From Paragordius varius (lineage: Eukaryota; Animalia; Nematomorpha): a stretch of DNA of 64,000 bases. Positions 12,987 through 26,210 of this stretch are shown piece after piece. The stretch's first letter is position 1. Every line of letters begins with the position of its first letter. Position numbers and translations under genes: made by a program. The notes under the pieces were generated by a model. That model had not been told where the DNA came from, made no database searches, and saw nothing but the letters and a program-made list of their open reading frames with translations. The stretch is taken from contig OZ176059.1 of the NCBI GenBank assembly GCA_964247055.1, positions 806,001 to 870,000 of the forward strand, given 5' to 3'.

Positions 12987-15900
12987 ATGAAATCTACGCA
13001 AATTTTTGCAATCATATCATTATTACTGTTTCTCATGGTACTAAATATCCAAGCATTATCCATCGATATCTATCACGAAAGTAAATGCATAGATAGCTCA
13101 CGATTTATACGATATCGGGTTATGACTTTCGTCACAGCGCTTAAGAAAGAGGCTAAAAACATCCAAGATCAAATCACAATCAACTTTTACCCATATGGAA
13201 AAGCTACAGTTTTTTTAATTTACATTGTGAACCGTAATTTTCAATTTACTTAAAAAGGAGTCGTTTTTATGCTATAGTTTGTTGAAAGCGTTTTTTTAAA
13301 ACTCATGTAATAATGAATACACAAATACGTATCATAGCAGTTTATGACATTTTGGTGTTAATAACTACCTTAGAACAATAATAATTCCATTTATTTTAAA
13401 GGTGCGTGATATGGATTTATAGGTCTATATAGCCCTATAAAAAATATTTGTGTTAAAAAGAAAAATTGTATATTGGAACTCAAAATTATTGCAATCAAAT
13501 ATATATGGAGTTTATGATGAACGTTCTACAAGGAATTTTATTATATCATAATTACGTTTAACTATAAAATTCAAGCAGATTTTCGTAAAATTATAAATTT
13601 TGTTTCGTTGTATTCAATTAACTGACCAATTTTTTGACTATGGCAGCTATATAAAGAGAAAAGCTTTGTTAAAAAGGGAATAGACTAAAAAAAGAGCGAA
13701 ATCTGGTTATTTTTGTAAAATATAATTAAACATCAAAAGACACTCGCTTTTATATCAGTATCTTTAATTATATTTTGTCAATTATCACATAAATATTTAA
13801 CGTAAATTGTTTTAATAGAAGCAAAGTCTTATATATAATTTAGAACTGTGATAAAAACAATATTGCTCTTTATTTAGGATAAAATATTTGTAATGTTAGA
13901 GAGTTTTAATATACGGTGATGTACAAAATATAAATATTTATGAAATACATATATCATTCTCGATATCTAAAAGTATCGGTAAAATCGAATTAAAATGAAA
14001 ATAAGTTGATTTTTATGTGTATAATTTGAATTTTTAGTGTATTTAAAGATAGATTATATACATATTTTTATAGCAAACATATGATTCAATTAAAAACGAA
14101 TGGAAATTTGATTGCCACCATGGTCCAGAAGAGTGTTTGGGAAACTTATATCATGTAAGAAAGATAAACAATTTACAATTAATGTAAGTATACATGTAAA
14201 ACGTATCAACGTAAAAACAAATTTTTTAAAAGGCAACCAACCACACTTTATAAACACTGATTTTTACATAAACTATTCGATTGTCATTAAAATAATAATT
14301 ACTTTAATTTCACATTATTAAAAACAATTTAGTTGAAAAAAAAACAAGCTTAAAAAAGTTCAGCAGCGGTCTGTTTTTGAAAATATTTGTCATTATGTTT
14401 TCACGTTTGGTATGTATAATATCACTTTTTACTGTATGTTTCGTCCAAGTACCATAACATAATACATATTATTATACTATTTTACCAAAGTTTTTGATAT
14501 TGGGTTTGAATAAGTACGTAATTTACCATGGTTACTAGGGTTAGGTCTGACTCTGATCGGTAATGAATAACGTCTTATAAATCCAAAATTTTAAAAGCAA
14601 GGACATGATGTTATATAAAATAATGGAACAATATATAATGGTATACAATTATTTTAAGCTATTTAAATTTAATTTGGTTAAAACCTAATTTCCACTTCGA
14701 GTATTGATACAATGTTAATTGATTGGACTTTATTCATAAACAGTCATATCAGTTATTACAATAAAAACTCATTTTAAAAACAATTCAGTCTAATTTAAAT
14801 ATTATTACATAGGCTTGTGCTACCAATGGAAATTTGAAAACACGCGGAGACGCCTTGCTATTCATGAAATGTACCTATTTACACAATGATTTTCATCGCC
14901 ATGTTCCCTATGTAATTTTTTATATAAAAATTACCCATTTTATTAGAATTTTAGCATAGCGAATACGAGTAACTTTCTAACATATTATACATGTACAGTA
15001 TTTGGTATTAATATGCACAAACAGTAGGCAAGCAGCTAATTATCAGTATTTTTAGCCCTTTTCTAAAATAATAAAGACCCAAGTTTTTATAATTTTTGAA
15101 AATCTTAAAAATTTGCTATATAGTTATTAAAAATATAATTTAAAACGTTTTACATTATGCATGTTCCAAATTTAAGCCAAAATACTAATGAGGCTGGGCG
15201 CATTTTGATTTTTCATTTAACCGAAAAAATTTATGTTTTATTTTTTTACCTAGTTAGGACATGTATTAATTGCTTATAAACTAGCCACCACTAAATTGTT
15301 GTGTCACGCGAAAAAATAATAATATTTTTGGCATCAATTTTATTGATTCCAAAATTTAAAAAAATTGCACAAATAATCACCTTAAAGTATATGTCTGTCC
15401 TATTTTAGTGCAGTGGGCAATCAGGATTCAACTTTAATGAATTATCCCAATGTACAAAAGCTAAGTCAACAAATAAGTTAATGCATGAAATTGGTTTAAA
15501 AACTCAACAACTTTCACCATCACTAACCTATGTTCCTTGGATTACTTTTGATGGGGTATATTTGTTAGATATTAAAAATTAAGTAAAGAAATTTTCCATT
15601 TAAGTTAAATACTTAATATATTTAATACATTAAAAATTAAAACTATCTAAATAAAATATTACAAACAAATATTTTTTCAAGACAGTTGTACTTTTTAAAC
15701 ATGATTAAATAAGTCATGGTTTTTAACGGCAAAGTAAGAAATATAGTTGTAAATTGGTGGATAAAACGATCAATTATTGTATTTTACAATCGTAATTAAA
15801 TAATTTATATAAGAAAAATTAGGGTTTAAAAAAGCAATGTTGGCTTTTCAAAATAATATTTGTCTTTATTTTTTCAGTCTTTTTCGGATAAAATTTCAAT

Positions 15901-16783
15901 TTGTATGGTATATTTATTGACAGTAAAAATTGAAACTATAGAGATAAAATGTAGAAACATATAATTTTTTAAAAGAAACAACCATACATTTTCATCCTTA
16001 ATTCTTTACAGACTATTTATTTACAATTTTACAATTAAATGAATTTATTACCACTTTACACATTTATATTCCTTTATCCGCAATCCAAAACGATAAATTG
16101 CGTTCGAAAAAAACTCAAGTATCACAAAACATGTTTTTGTAAAAAAAACTTGTGTCTTTATATTTTTACATTTGTCTGTTTAATTTAAATTTTCACAGCA
16201 TATTTCATTTATTAGAAATATGACCAAGAACTAAGCAAACAAGCTGAAAAAAGTCTTGTATCAGTCGTGTGCAAAGTGATGGTATGATATATTTGGCTAA
16301 TTTACATATATAATTAAATATTTTTGCAACAATCGATTATTAAAAAATTTGCTAACGAATTTTTCGTAAAATATACTCATAAGATTTGTAAAACAAAAAA
16401 AAATTAAAAGTGCTTATGAAAACTGTAGTATCTTTTACAGTTATAACCAACCAAATACGAAACAATCATTTATAACTTTATTAAAATAATTAACTTGTTA
16501 ACTATAAACAGATTCTGATTTGAGTTGTAATATTAAAGTTTACTTTTCACATTTAAAGATAAAAAGTATAAGGTTTGATACATTATCGATTAGAATTAGA
16601 TTACATGATGTTTGAGATTAATTAATTTGAAATACATAAGCCCGGCTTTTTTGAAACATATTATTTAAAAACGTAATTTTAAATAATATTATTTTTTTAT
16701 TAATTATAATTATTTAATTTTTGACAAATTTATAGAACAATCAACTCAATATGTGCAATAAAACCAAAAAAAAGCGTTTCTAA
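12987..16783 (+). CDS. IFI30: Gamma-interferon-inducible lysosomal thiol reductase (GILT/IFI30-like), 220 aa
   Basis: All-phase-0 GT-AG exons 12987-13208, 14074-14154, 14813-14911, 15409-15555, 16216-16281 and 16736-16783. Signal peptide, IYHESKCIDS (CXXS active site), PYGKA, signature CHHGPEECLGNLYHAC, YVPWITFDG and conserved C-terminal cysteines. Confidence 0.93.
15921..16198. mobile_element. Tc1/mariner-type MITE family A (GILT intron 4)
   Basis: Left arm CAGTAAAAATTGAAAC..CAACCATAC and right arm ..TGTCTTTATATTTTTAC. An isolated left arm lies at 12250-12320. Confidence 0.55.
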
Positions 16784-17085
16784 AATGCCTAATGTATCCA
16801 GTTTGTCTGTGTTTTAGTAAACACTGTCGCGGATATTTTTTTTTATATTATATGGTATGGTATATTTTTTCAGTAATTAATTGTCATATATACATCGTTC
16901 AATTTCAGTTATTTTAATTTCCATTATAAAATAAAGATTCCAAATAAATATTTAAAGGTTTAAATTATTGAGAATTATACTATCCGTATTTTTATTATAA
17001 ATAATTTATATAGTAGAACATTGGTATTTAAACCGTGGCCCTAGAAGTAATTTTAATGGATTTCAATCTTTAATTAAATTTTTGA

Positions 17086-17410
17086 TGTGTGTGTGTGTGT
17101 GTGTGTGTGTGTCAATACCCCCAAGGTCGACTTTTGCAACATTGTCAATAAAACTTCTCCATAGTTTGCGATTTTTAGTTTGAGTTTTTCTTGTAGAATA
17201 TTGTCCATCCACCGTATCCTTCTTCGGCCCCTTTTACGTGTATCACTAACTTTTTCCAACATAAATAATTTTTTTAATAGTTAGATCTCATAATGTGGAT
17301 AAAGTAGCATAGTTTGGTAAGGATGGATATTCCAAGCAATGACATATTTAGTATAATATCATGTGTCAAAATGCTATGCAATGTTTGCCGGGATTATGTG
17401 ATGCACAGCC
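17086..17410 (-). mobile_element. 3' end fragment of an RTE-type LINE with (CA)n tail
   Basis: Minus strand reads KLCYFIHIMRS..LFMLEKVSDTRKRGRRRIRWMD (RTE C-terminal motif), followed by a (GT)n tract at 17086-17112. Confidence 0.75.
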
Positions 17411-17574
17411 CTTGAGAAAATAAAAATATTTTATTAGTCTTTTTATTTTTTGGTGAGTAGGACGTTAGAAGAATACATTAGCTTTAAGTATCGATTTTCT
17501 GGAAAACTTGCTGATCATTAAAAATTTAATGGTGCAAAAATTTTATCCATTTTACTTCTTAAGTTAGTCCTTCA

Positions 17575-17765
17575 GTTAATGGCCCCCCAAAAAGTGTATT
17601 TTTGAGACAATTTTCAAGTTGTTTCATAAATGCGCCGAACATAGTCGTGTCATATTTATTCACCCATGTATTTAGAAACTCTCCATAGTAAAGTGACATT
17701 TTATTTGTTCGCAAAAAACAAGGCAATGAGCCAATAATATAGTTTTTAGGCAAATTTTCACCCAG
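17575..17765 (+). mobile_element. Fragment of the Helitron family seen at 29267 and 51245
   Basis: Shares TTTGAGACAATTTT and GCGCCGAACATAGTCG with 29470-29570. Confidence 0.5.
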
Positions 17766-18095
17766 ATTATTATTAAATCAAAACATTCTCCGTATAAATG
17801 CAAACATAAGCCGCTTTATATGGTTCCAACATGTAAAAAATATGTCTCGAAAGCTTTTATATAACCATACCATGAAAGGACTATTTTACATTAATAAAAG
17901 ATTTGTATAATGGGTAATAATTTTAGAGAGCGCTTTTTTAAAAGCACCATTGTAAAATACGTCTCACATAAGAACAACATGACTATGAGATAATTTTATA
18001 TTTTTTGGACTTGAGAGAACATACAAATACAAAAATTGTTGGGTAATTTTTTACCATTATATAAAGGCGAAAATTACAGAGTCGAACGCTTTTGA

Positions 18096-18336
18096 CAGTA
18101 AAAATTGAAATTATGCGGACAAAACATAAAATTATAAGGACAAACATTATTTTTAAATAGACAACCATACTATTTCAAAACTTGATGGTATAGTAGGTAG
18201 GGCGCCGGACTCTTGCACATGCGTGCCAGAGTTTGAACCTCCGAAACTACGCAATTTTCCATCATCTTAAAGAATTTAGAAAAAAATTTTGTCTGAATAT
18301 TTTTACGTTTTGTCCGTATAATTTCATTTTTTACTG
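18096..18336. mobile_element. Tc1/mariner-type MITE family A containing a tRNA-like segment
   Basis: CAGTAAAAATTGAAATTATGCGGACAAAAC ... GTTTTGTCCGTATAATTTCATTTTTTACTG|TA. Confidence 0.7.
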
Positions 18337-20339
18337 TAAAGTTAGCCTATGGTAAGGTTCCCACCCAATGTTACAGTTAATACTGCAAATAAGTATTAGA
18401 ATTTTTTCACAAAATCCGAATTTAATTTATAAGAAAAAATAGCCTGGATGGCTAAAACGTCATTTGTTATTTATTTATTTGAGATATGTATCGACCGGAG
18501 ACATCTCGTAAATATATGTATAATTAATTATATTACCAAGGCTATAATTACTTAAAAAGAAAGAAATCCCATATGGGATTAAAAAAAGATCGAGAATTTA
18601 TTTGTTGACATGGCTATGTACTTTAGTTGACAATACAAATTAATTGGACGAATGAAAATGATTTTCTTATCCTGAGTTTACTGCTTAGCACATCTAATAT
18701 GCTAGAGCTGTTGAAGAACCGGTAATTTAAGTAAATTATAATATTTAACCCATAATAAACTATTATACACCAATATTATTATATACATATCGTACATTTA
18801 GAATTATAAAACAAAAATACGTTAGATGAATGATGTAGTTAACAATATTGCACAAATTATTTAAGCAGAGTTATATAAAAAATAATCCAAGTAATAAAAG
18901 GATTAATCCTATCAATGATAAAATAACCATTAATTGTTTACGGTCTATATTTTATATCGAACATTACCTGAAGATAACTTTAAAGCTTGAGCTATCTTTC
19001 TCATAATTATTTCATACGGTGACTCCTGTATTTTTCCACAATCATTTTTAATTTCTCCAACTATACTTTAACGATTTTATTAAATAAAATTACATGGAAT
19101 GGTAATCCGAATCGGTCCCACTGAATTTGCTTTCCTCGAGTTTCATTCACAAAACCATCATATTGCAAATTAAAAATTATTTAAAGAATAATATTTATAT
19201 AAATTATGGGTGTTAAATCAAGTGGTATAAAAAGGAAATATTTTAAATATATATTCTAATAAAATTAATCAAGATTTTATTGTGTTATAGTTTTGGTCCT
19301 TACGAGTAATATGGGAAAGTTATTATCACTTTTGTTTTAACTGCCGCGTATCAGAAACGGATTTGGGCCCATTTATTTAAATAAAATTTTGTTGAAAGGT
19401 AATTGGTTACCAAAAAATTTTAATAGAATATATCATAAATAACATATAAAAGCAAACAAATCGTAAAATATATGTTCCTAAAATCCCAAATGTTTCGATT
19501 TTTCATGGGTTGGTTCTCTTAAAAAGAGAAAAACGAGATTGCGCGACGAAAATTTTAAAATGCTAAATTTCTATATAAGATATATTTTCTGAAAAATCCA
19601 TACTTTTTTATGTAAAAGCGTACTTTATGAGTTATTAAAGATTAGGTATCACTGTCTCCTTAGTTTTTTTAAAAAAATTCATTTTGAATGAAAAACTAAG
19701 GAAACCCTAAAAATATCAACATTAGTTTTTTAAAGAAACATTTGTTTTCAAGTGAATAAAAAAAATTATTTAAGGAAACCCTATATATTTTAGGATGCTT
19801 TATTAAATATTTATAATTGCAATTGATCGCAGATGATCAAACAAGGCAAGAGCTAATACGGTTTTAAAATCAATAATATTTTTATTCGATTCAATACAGT
19901 ATAAAAATTTAAGCTCTTCAGATACATTTTATATATCGCAAGAGTTAAAGTAATTGTGTCTAATATTTTATAATTTTCCATTATATTTGGACTGCGGTGT
20001 AGAAACTTACGAATTCATTATTTAAACGCTACGACCTTTGATAAAAAATAAAAAAATGTAAACCCCGCAAGGTAAAAATATATCTGGACTGAAATAAATT
20101 TAGGATTTAATACAATATTATAACTAATCCCTTTTCCTTGATTTCGATGAAAGAAAAGGAGGACGTCTTAGTACACGACAAAAATTAGAATTTTTTTTAA
20201 GATTTCCCGTAAATTCCGCATCAAATTATTATTATTGGGCTATTTTTTTGGGTGCATATTGTAACAAATCTTATTTCTTTTGGCATGCAAGCCACAAAAC
20301 TTGAAAGAATTAATATCTTATGTGATTTTTTTAGATACT

Positions 20340-20545
20340 CAGAATCATATCGGTGTAAAACTAGGCGGATAAACAACTAATAACCTTAAATACGCCGGAC
20401 GATACCTTCCTGCTCCCTGACTCACAAACGCGCCTCCTGGAAATCTTACATCTTGAGAGCCAATCTTTGGCCTCCAAATTACCTTGGCAAACATCAAAGT
20501 TATATCTAGTGATACATATGTTATCAAAATGGACGAACACTGTAT
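20340..20545 (+). mobile_element. Degenerate RTE reverse-transcriptase fragment
   Basis: Plus strand reads IGVKLGG*TTNNLKYA(frameshift)DTFLLPDS, the GxxIxNLRYADDT motif, homologous to 52230-52310. Confidence 0.65.
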
Positions 20546-22057
20546 AAAAACATTATTTGGTGCAAAATGTGCTAAATAAATATTAAAGAAAGTGCTAGTT
20601 ATTTCTATTCATATATATCAACTTACATCGAGGCGGTTTAAAAATAAAAATGTTTAAAGACATGTTATAAAGTTAGATTGGCCCATTATGTTCTCCAGAT
20701 TTGTCAAAAAATATTGTTAAAATAGGTCTATTTTGTGGAAGGTTTTATCACAAAATTATGCATAACTCGCAAAAAATCATGTGTAAAGATTTAGTTCATA
20801 AACATCTGCATGCATATGAAGCTATCTTTGGAATATTTGTCGGTATATCGTAAGGCCGCTCTTAAAAAAAATATTTTATTCGGCACGTCAAAATTTCTTG
20901 GTAATACTACTGCTGTATAATTTTATTTTTATATGAAAACGCAACGCATTCGGAACCGGTTAGACCCAACCTATTAGGGATTACAGTTTTGTAAAATTGT
21001 AAAAAGTTCCAAAAATACTGCTTAAAAATTGTGTTTGTTACCCTTACACAGTTGTCATACATACAAAATTTAAATGATTTCAGTTGCCGTAAAAAATATT
21101 ATATGTGCAGATAATGTAAATTTGAAGAGGTTATTTTTTAAGCCAAAATTTAAAATTTAGTACTTACTAACTATTGGTAATGGTAAGGGTCTTTGACCGT
21201 TTGCTAATGGTTGATTTGGTTTGATAAGCAAAATACCATGTTAATTGAAAATATCGTTGTTAGTGTTGGACCAAACATATTTTAGTACAGATATCAGCCT
21301 TTCGTAAGTTCATTCATCTTTTTAAAAAAAATTATTTATATACTTGAAAGTGATTAGATTGAACATGAATTTTTGATAAAGTATATGATAACAATTTGGT
21401 TAAAATGAATGTATAGTTGATTGCTATTAGTGTAAAAAAAGAACTTTGCACAACGCAATATTGTTGAAAAGGGGTATTGGTGATGATTTTAACAATGAAG
21501 CCTTATGCCAATTTTTTATGTGATTTCAGTTTTCAAACTAATCTTATGTAGCGAAATTTTTATATATTTTTTACAACAGATAAATAAAAAAATGTTTTTG
21601 CATTGTATAATTTACAGGAAAATCAAATAAGTCGGTGTAAATAAGGCAGAATTTTAATCCACAACCGCAATGAATAATTAACGAACTGAAAGGTGGCATC
21701 TTAAAATAATGGAGCGGTTTATTTTTGAGAACCGCCTTCAAGCCGATTACGTTTCCCTAGAAATACCCCTTTAAATATAAAAAAATGTAAAAAAATGTAA
21801 ATTTTAGACACCGTTTTCGATCCTGCTTTAAAATTTGCTTTTAATCTAACTTGGCTGTTTATTTCTATATTAATGTGCAACATTTCTTTATGAGATTGTA
21901 TGCTAAAAGTTTTAATATATAAAATGTGTTGGGGACGAACAAATTTTTGGAGAACGTGTAGGTCCATTTAAATTAGATATGATTTTTAATTCACATTCAC
22001 AAATGCGTCGATAATAGTTATGTTTTTGGAAAATAGCCGTACGTTCTACTCAAGTAT

Positions 22058-22329
22058 CTGTAAAAAATAAAATAATACGGACAAAATGTAAAAATATAAA
22101 GGCAATATTCTTTTTAAAAGACGACCATACTTTTTTAAACCTATCCTATACAAAACATTAATAATCGTAAAATATGTAATTGATTGTGTTCCAGTTTATA
22201 TGTGTATTTTATACTTTGTAGTTTAAAATAATGAGTTAAATTTTAAAAAAAATTAAAAAGGTATGTTTGTCTTTTTTTAAATATTGCCTTTATATTCACG
22301 TTTTGTCCGTATCATTTCAATTTTTACTG
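22058..22329. mobile_element. Tc1/mariner-type MITE family A
   Basis: Both inverted arms are present; ends TTTTACTG|TA. Confidence 0.65.
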
Positions 22330-23295
22330 TATCTGTAAAAAGATTTTTTTAAAAATAATTAAATGTCAAAATGTCTTTGTGACGCAATTTTTTTGGAAAA
22401 CGTGTGTCTCCATTTTAATTGGGTTATGGCCATTTAAAGTATATATCTAAGATATTTCATGCACATCGTTGAGAATCCCTTTAAAACTCAGAATATTTGG
22501 TGATAAAATCAAGCTAATTCTATAAATCTGAGTATATCAATTGTTAAAATAGATAACCTAGGGTGCAATTTAGAGTAATGGCTACCAAATTAGTATACAC
22601 ACTATATACATTAATGCTGGTTAATTTCCATGATTGTTGGAAAACTTGTAATACAATCACATATTATGGGTAAAATACAATGGTTGATATTACAATTTTT
22701 TCCTATCATCATACAACATTAAATTTTATTTAATTATGGACAAAGTTTTGTTTTATATCATACGCTATTGTGTTGCCAATCGCTCAATCACAATGGGAAT
22801 TGACAACAAACATAGTTAAAAATATATTTTCTTGCACCTTTTTTTATACTTAAGTTCATTCACAAAAAAATTTTTATTAACCCCCAATTCTCTGATTGTT
22901 ACAAATTTTGGTAAATAACGATTGTTATTGTTATATAACAATAATAAAACACCGAAAAGGTTAAATATATAATTTATTTTTACATTAAGGCCTGATTTAT
23001 AAAAAATACATCCAAATTTATATTTTATAAAACAAACAACTATTTATTGGCTAAAATTAATGAGTGTGTTACCACATTTTGAATGGATACCTGTTATTAT
23101 TAACTAAATCGCCATAATTTAATAGGTTATCGTACCTTTGTTATGTAAAAAAAATATGAAAATTTATACAAAGCTAGCTGTTTTGATTGAGAGGAGGTTA
23201 TTTAAGGCTCTCTAATTAAATTTGTTTATTATTTAACTTTTTTAATCATCAATAATTTAATTAAAATTAACAAATACTTGGCAAAATTATAGAAA

Positions 23296-23943
23296 ATGAA
23301 TAAATTGCACATGGTTCTTATCCGTTATATCGCAATCCTATATTGTCCAACAATTATAATTGGTTATCATATAACAAGCTCGATAGGGAGACTTCCTGCT
23401 ATTTTAAATGCGTTAGAAAATTTTAGAAACATAATATCCGAAGAAGTTTGTCAAGAACATAGCAGACCTTTTAACCGACAAATTGATTTATCCCTGCCTC
23501 CATCCAAATTTAAGAATGTTACCATTTTAACCGTACAAAAAAGGAGAAGGAACTCTAATAATAATGTAACACTGAATGGCATGACAAATTTAGCAAACTC
23601 TCATGTTTTCAACAACAATAAAATGTATTTAGCAAATTACGGTGAATTCATAATATCCACCATATCATACATAAAACAGGTTTTTGGATTGGAAAACATG
23701 ACTCAACTATATCAAGACTTACGTAATGAATCTTTCCCGGAAGGGAGAATGACTCAATCTCTATACCTTGCCACATTACGCCTTCATCCTGTTGTTTGGT
23801 TAAATTTATTAATTTTTGAGTATTTAAACTATATATATACAGTCATGTATCCTTTATTTTGTCAAAAATTTATTTTTTTTCGTTTGTTAAATGGGTATAA
23901 ATATTTGGTAAAGAATGGAAAAAACAAAGCTCTATGGTATTAA
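23296..23943 (+). CDS. Unidentified ORF/exon, putative secreted or membrane protein
   Basis: 215 open codons in ~75% AT DNA. Hydrophobic N-terminus, sequons NVT/NVT/NMT/NES and a hydrophobic stretch near the end. An acceptor-like attatag lies just before the ATG, so it may be an internal exon. Confidence 0.55.
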   Translation: MNKLHMVLIRYIAILYCPTIIIGYHITSSIGRLPAILNALENFRNIISEEVCQEHSRPFNRQIDLSLPPSKFKNVTILTVQKRRRNSNNNVTLNGMTNLANSHVFNNNKMYLANYGEFIISTISYIKQVFGLENMTQLYQDLRNESFPEGRMTQSLYLATLRLHPVVWLNLLIFEYLNYIYTVMYPLFCQKFIFFRLLNGYKYLVKNGKNKALWY

Positions 23944-24045
23944 CAATATCATATTCATCAAAAAGTATAAAAATTACCATAGAGTTCTTGTTTTTCCATT
24001 CTTTACCAAATGTTTATACCCATTAAACAAAAAAAATTTTTTTAG
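23868..24045. mobile_element. Hairpin MITE overlapping the end of the 23296 ORF
   Basis: About 70-bp inverted arms (TTTGTTAAATGGGTATAAATATTTGGTAAAGAATGGAAAA.. / ..TTTTCCATTCTTTACCAAATGTTTATACCCATTAAACAAA). Confidence 0.7.
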
Positions 24046-24805
24046 ATAAAATAAAGGATACATGACTGTATATTTAATAAAGTTTAACTGAGGTAGGTAT
24101 ACTCAAACAGTTACTCCCTACTATAAAACAATTTTATGTGAGTTTGCCGAAAAATATTTATTTATATATATATGATATCTTAAAAATGTATACATTTGAG
24201 TCTTCATAATAACAAATAAAGATAAACATCCAAAGTTACAAGATAATCCTGAATATGTAAAAGGGATTTGGATAAAATTTAAATATTTATAAAAAAAATT
24301 TTTTACTTTTTTATATGTAGTTTCTGTATCACAGTTTTTTACAAATTTCGTCATTTTCCATGGAGCAGTCACAAAAGTGGTTAACTTTCTTATATCACTT
24401 ATAAGGCTCAGATAAATTAAAATATAACAGATATTTTTGGACGCTGTGTATATTGAATCAAAAATACGTTTTTAAATTAATATGTCTGATGCAGTTATTA
24501 GCTTTAATTTGGGCGTAACATTGCATTAGGGAAAAAACTGATTTTCAAACATTAAGCTATTAGTTAAAAAGTATCTATTAGATAAACCTAAATAAATGCC
24601 TGTATTTCTCACTAACCAATCTCTGAAAGGGGCATCTCACAAATGCACCATTAGATATTGTTAATTAAACAAATTTATAAATAAGGGCGAAAAGTATTGT
24701 TGTATATCAATTTTTATACAATGTATTTTTCATCATTGTTTCTTTCATTCGAAATAAATACATCTCATTTAACTTTTTTAAAGTTAAAGTCTAAAACTAA
24801 ATATA

Positions 24806-25075
24806 CAGTAAAAACCGAAATTATATAAAAATATAAATGCAAATTTTTTTTATAAGATAACCATACTTTTTCAAACCTTAATTTATCGTAAAAATCATTT
24901 CATTAGAATCTTAAAATTCATAATTAATTGTGTTACAAATGTACATATCTATTTTTATTTAGAGTTAAAATCAATGAGTTTAATTTAGGGAAATCAAGAT
25001 ATAAAGAAGCATGGTTATCTTTTAAAAAAATTTTTGTCTTTATAATTTTAAGTTTTGTCCGTATAATTTCAAAAG
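24806..25075. mobile_element. Tc1/mariner-type MITE family A
   Basis: TA|CAGTAAAAACCGAAATT left arm; right arm near 25010-25070. A further copy lies at about 28195-28478. Confidence 0.6.
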
Positions 25076-25452
25076 AACATTTTCTCAATCACACGGAACA
25101 TTTTATAGAACTATCGAATCATATTCCCATTCAATAAGGACATTATAAAATAGAATGGTATAATTTTTAAAGCTTTATAAATAGATAAAAATAATTTTTG
25201 TATCATACTAAAAAGGGATAAAAAAAATTTAACAATAATTATTTTTCTTTGACTCCAATGTTGAACAATCATTAAATGACTGCATTAATATTAAATTAAA
25301 TTATAATTGATTGGAATCTATTTACACGTACTACCCTCAACCAATTCCAATTCACCTTTATACATTTAAAATTTTACCCAAAAATAAAATACTTTCGGTG
25401 GTATAGTTTATTTTTTTTCTTTTACATTTGTATAGTTAATTCTTTGTTAATA

Positions 25453-25633
25453 CAGTATGCAATTTAATGGTTCCTTATTTTACACTATAGTCGGGTAATT
25501 TGCAACACAGCAATGTATGGAAAAAACAACCAAATGTTGAGTAAACAATTTTTTCTTTTCTTTTTCCATACACTACTGTGTTGTAAATTGCCCAACTATA
25601 GTGTGAAATAAATAACCAGTAAAATGCATACTG
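25453..25633. mobile_element. Tc1/mariner-type hairpin MITE family B
   Basis: TA|CAGTATGCA...TGCATACTG|TA; near-perfect palindrome. Second copy at 37472-37642. Confidence 0.8.
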
Positions 25634-25951
25634 TAATTACAGTTGTTTTGTATATATGCCACTGATAATTGGTTTTAATTTTTGATTATAAAAATAAATA
25701 TGAAACTATAATTATGGAAAAAATTTGATAACCTGGGCTTAAAACAAATAATTGCCCAAATATATGTTAATCTAGCCCAGAAAATCTTATACATTTTGAG
25801 GGTGAATTCGAGTGTTTCATGTTAAATTCGATGTGTAATAGTACCAAGTCTAATTGCGTCATATTTGCAATTTATCCATTTTGAGTAATAAATATATTAT
25901 TTTACAAAGATTTTTGTAAACATGATTGTTTAAAATCAGTTTTAGGATATA

Positions 25952-26210
25952 CCATTTACAAATCAAATTCCCCCTTGAATAATATATATTCACCCTAAAA
26001 ATAGATTTATGTGTTTTCGTGCTAATATAACTCATCATTAATATAAAATATATTTTTACGACATAGTTTAATATTTTTTTGGCATTATATTATTTTTAAA
26101 CAGAATTTCATATTTTAAGAACAACAAAAATAAAGGTAATTTTTACTCTTAAAAACTCCATTTATTTTAGGATGCATTTGAATTGTTCGCGGGTGAATTT
26201 GAACTGTAAC
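25952..26210. mobile_element. TA|CCATTT-family MITE
   Basis: TA|CCATTTACAAATCAAATTCCCC ... GGGTGAATTTGAACTGTAA. Related copies at about 27380-27600 and 53444-53687. Confidence 0.6.

Noticed and set aside
20345-20527. 60-aa minus-strand ORF as an exon of a host gene
   Set aside because: It is the antisense shadow of a plus-strand RT fragment (NNLKYA-DT motif).
21168-25400. Genome-wide alternative genetic code suggested by protein-like frames with in-frame stops (21168-21317 -, 25240-25400 +)
   Set aside because: LRRC59, GILT, VPS25 and the orphan gene read fully in the standard code and end at TAA. The interruptions here are mixed TAA/TGA, as expected from AT-rich noise or decay.
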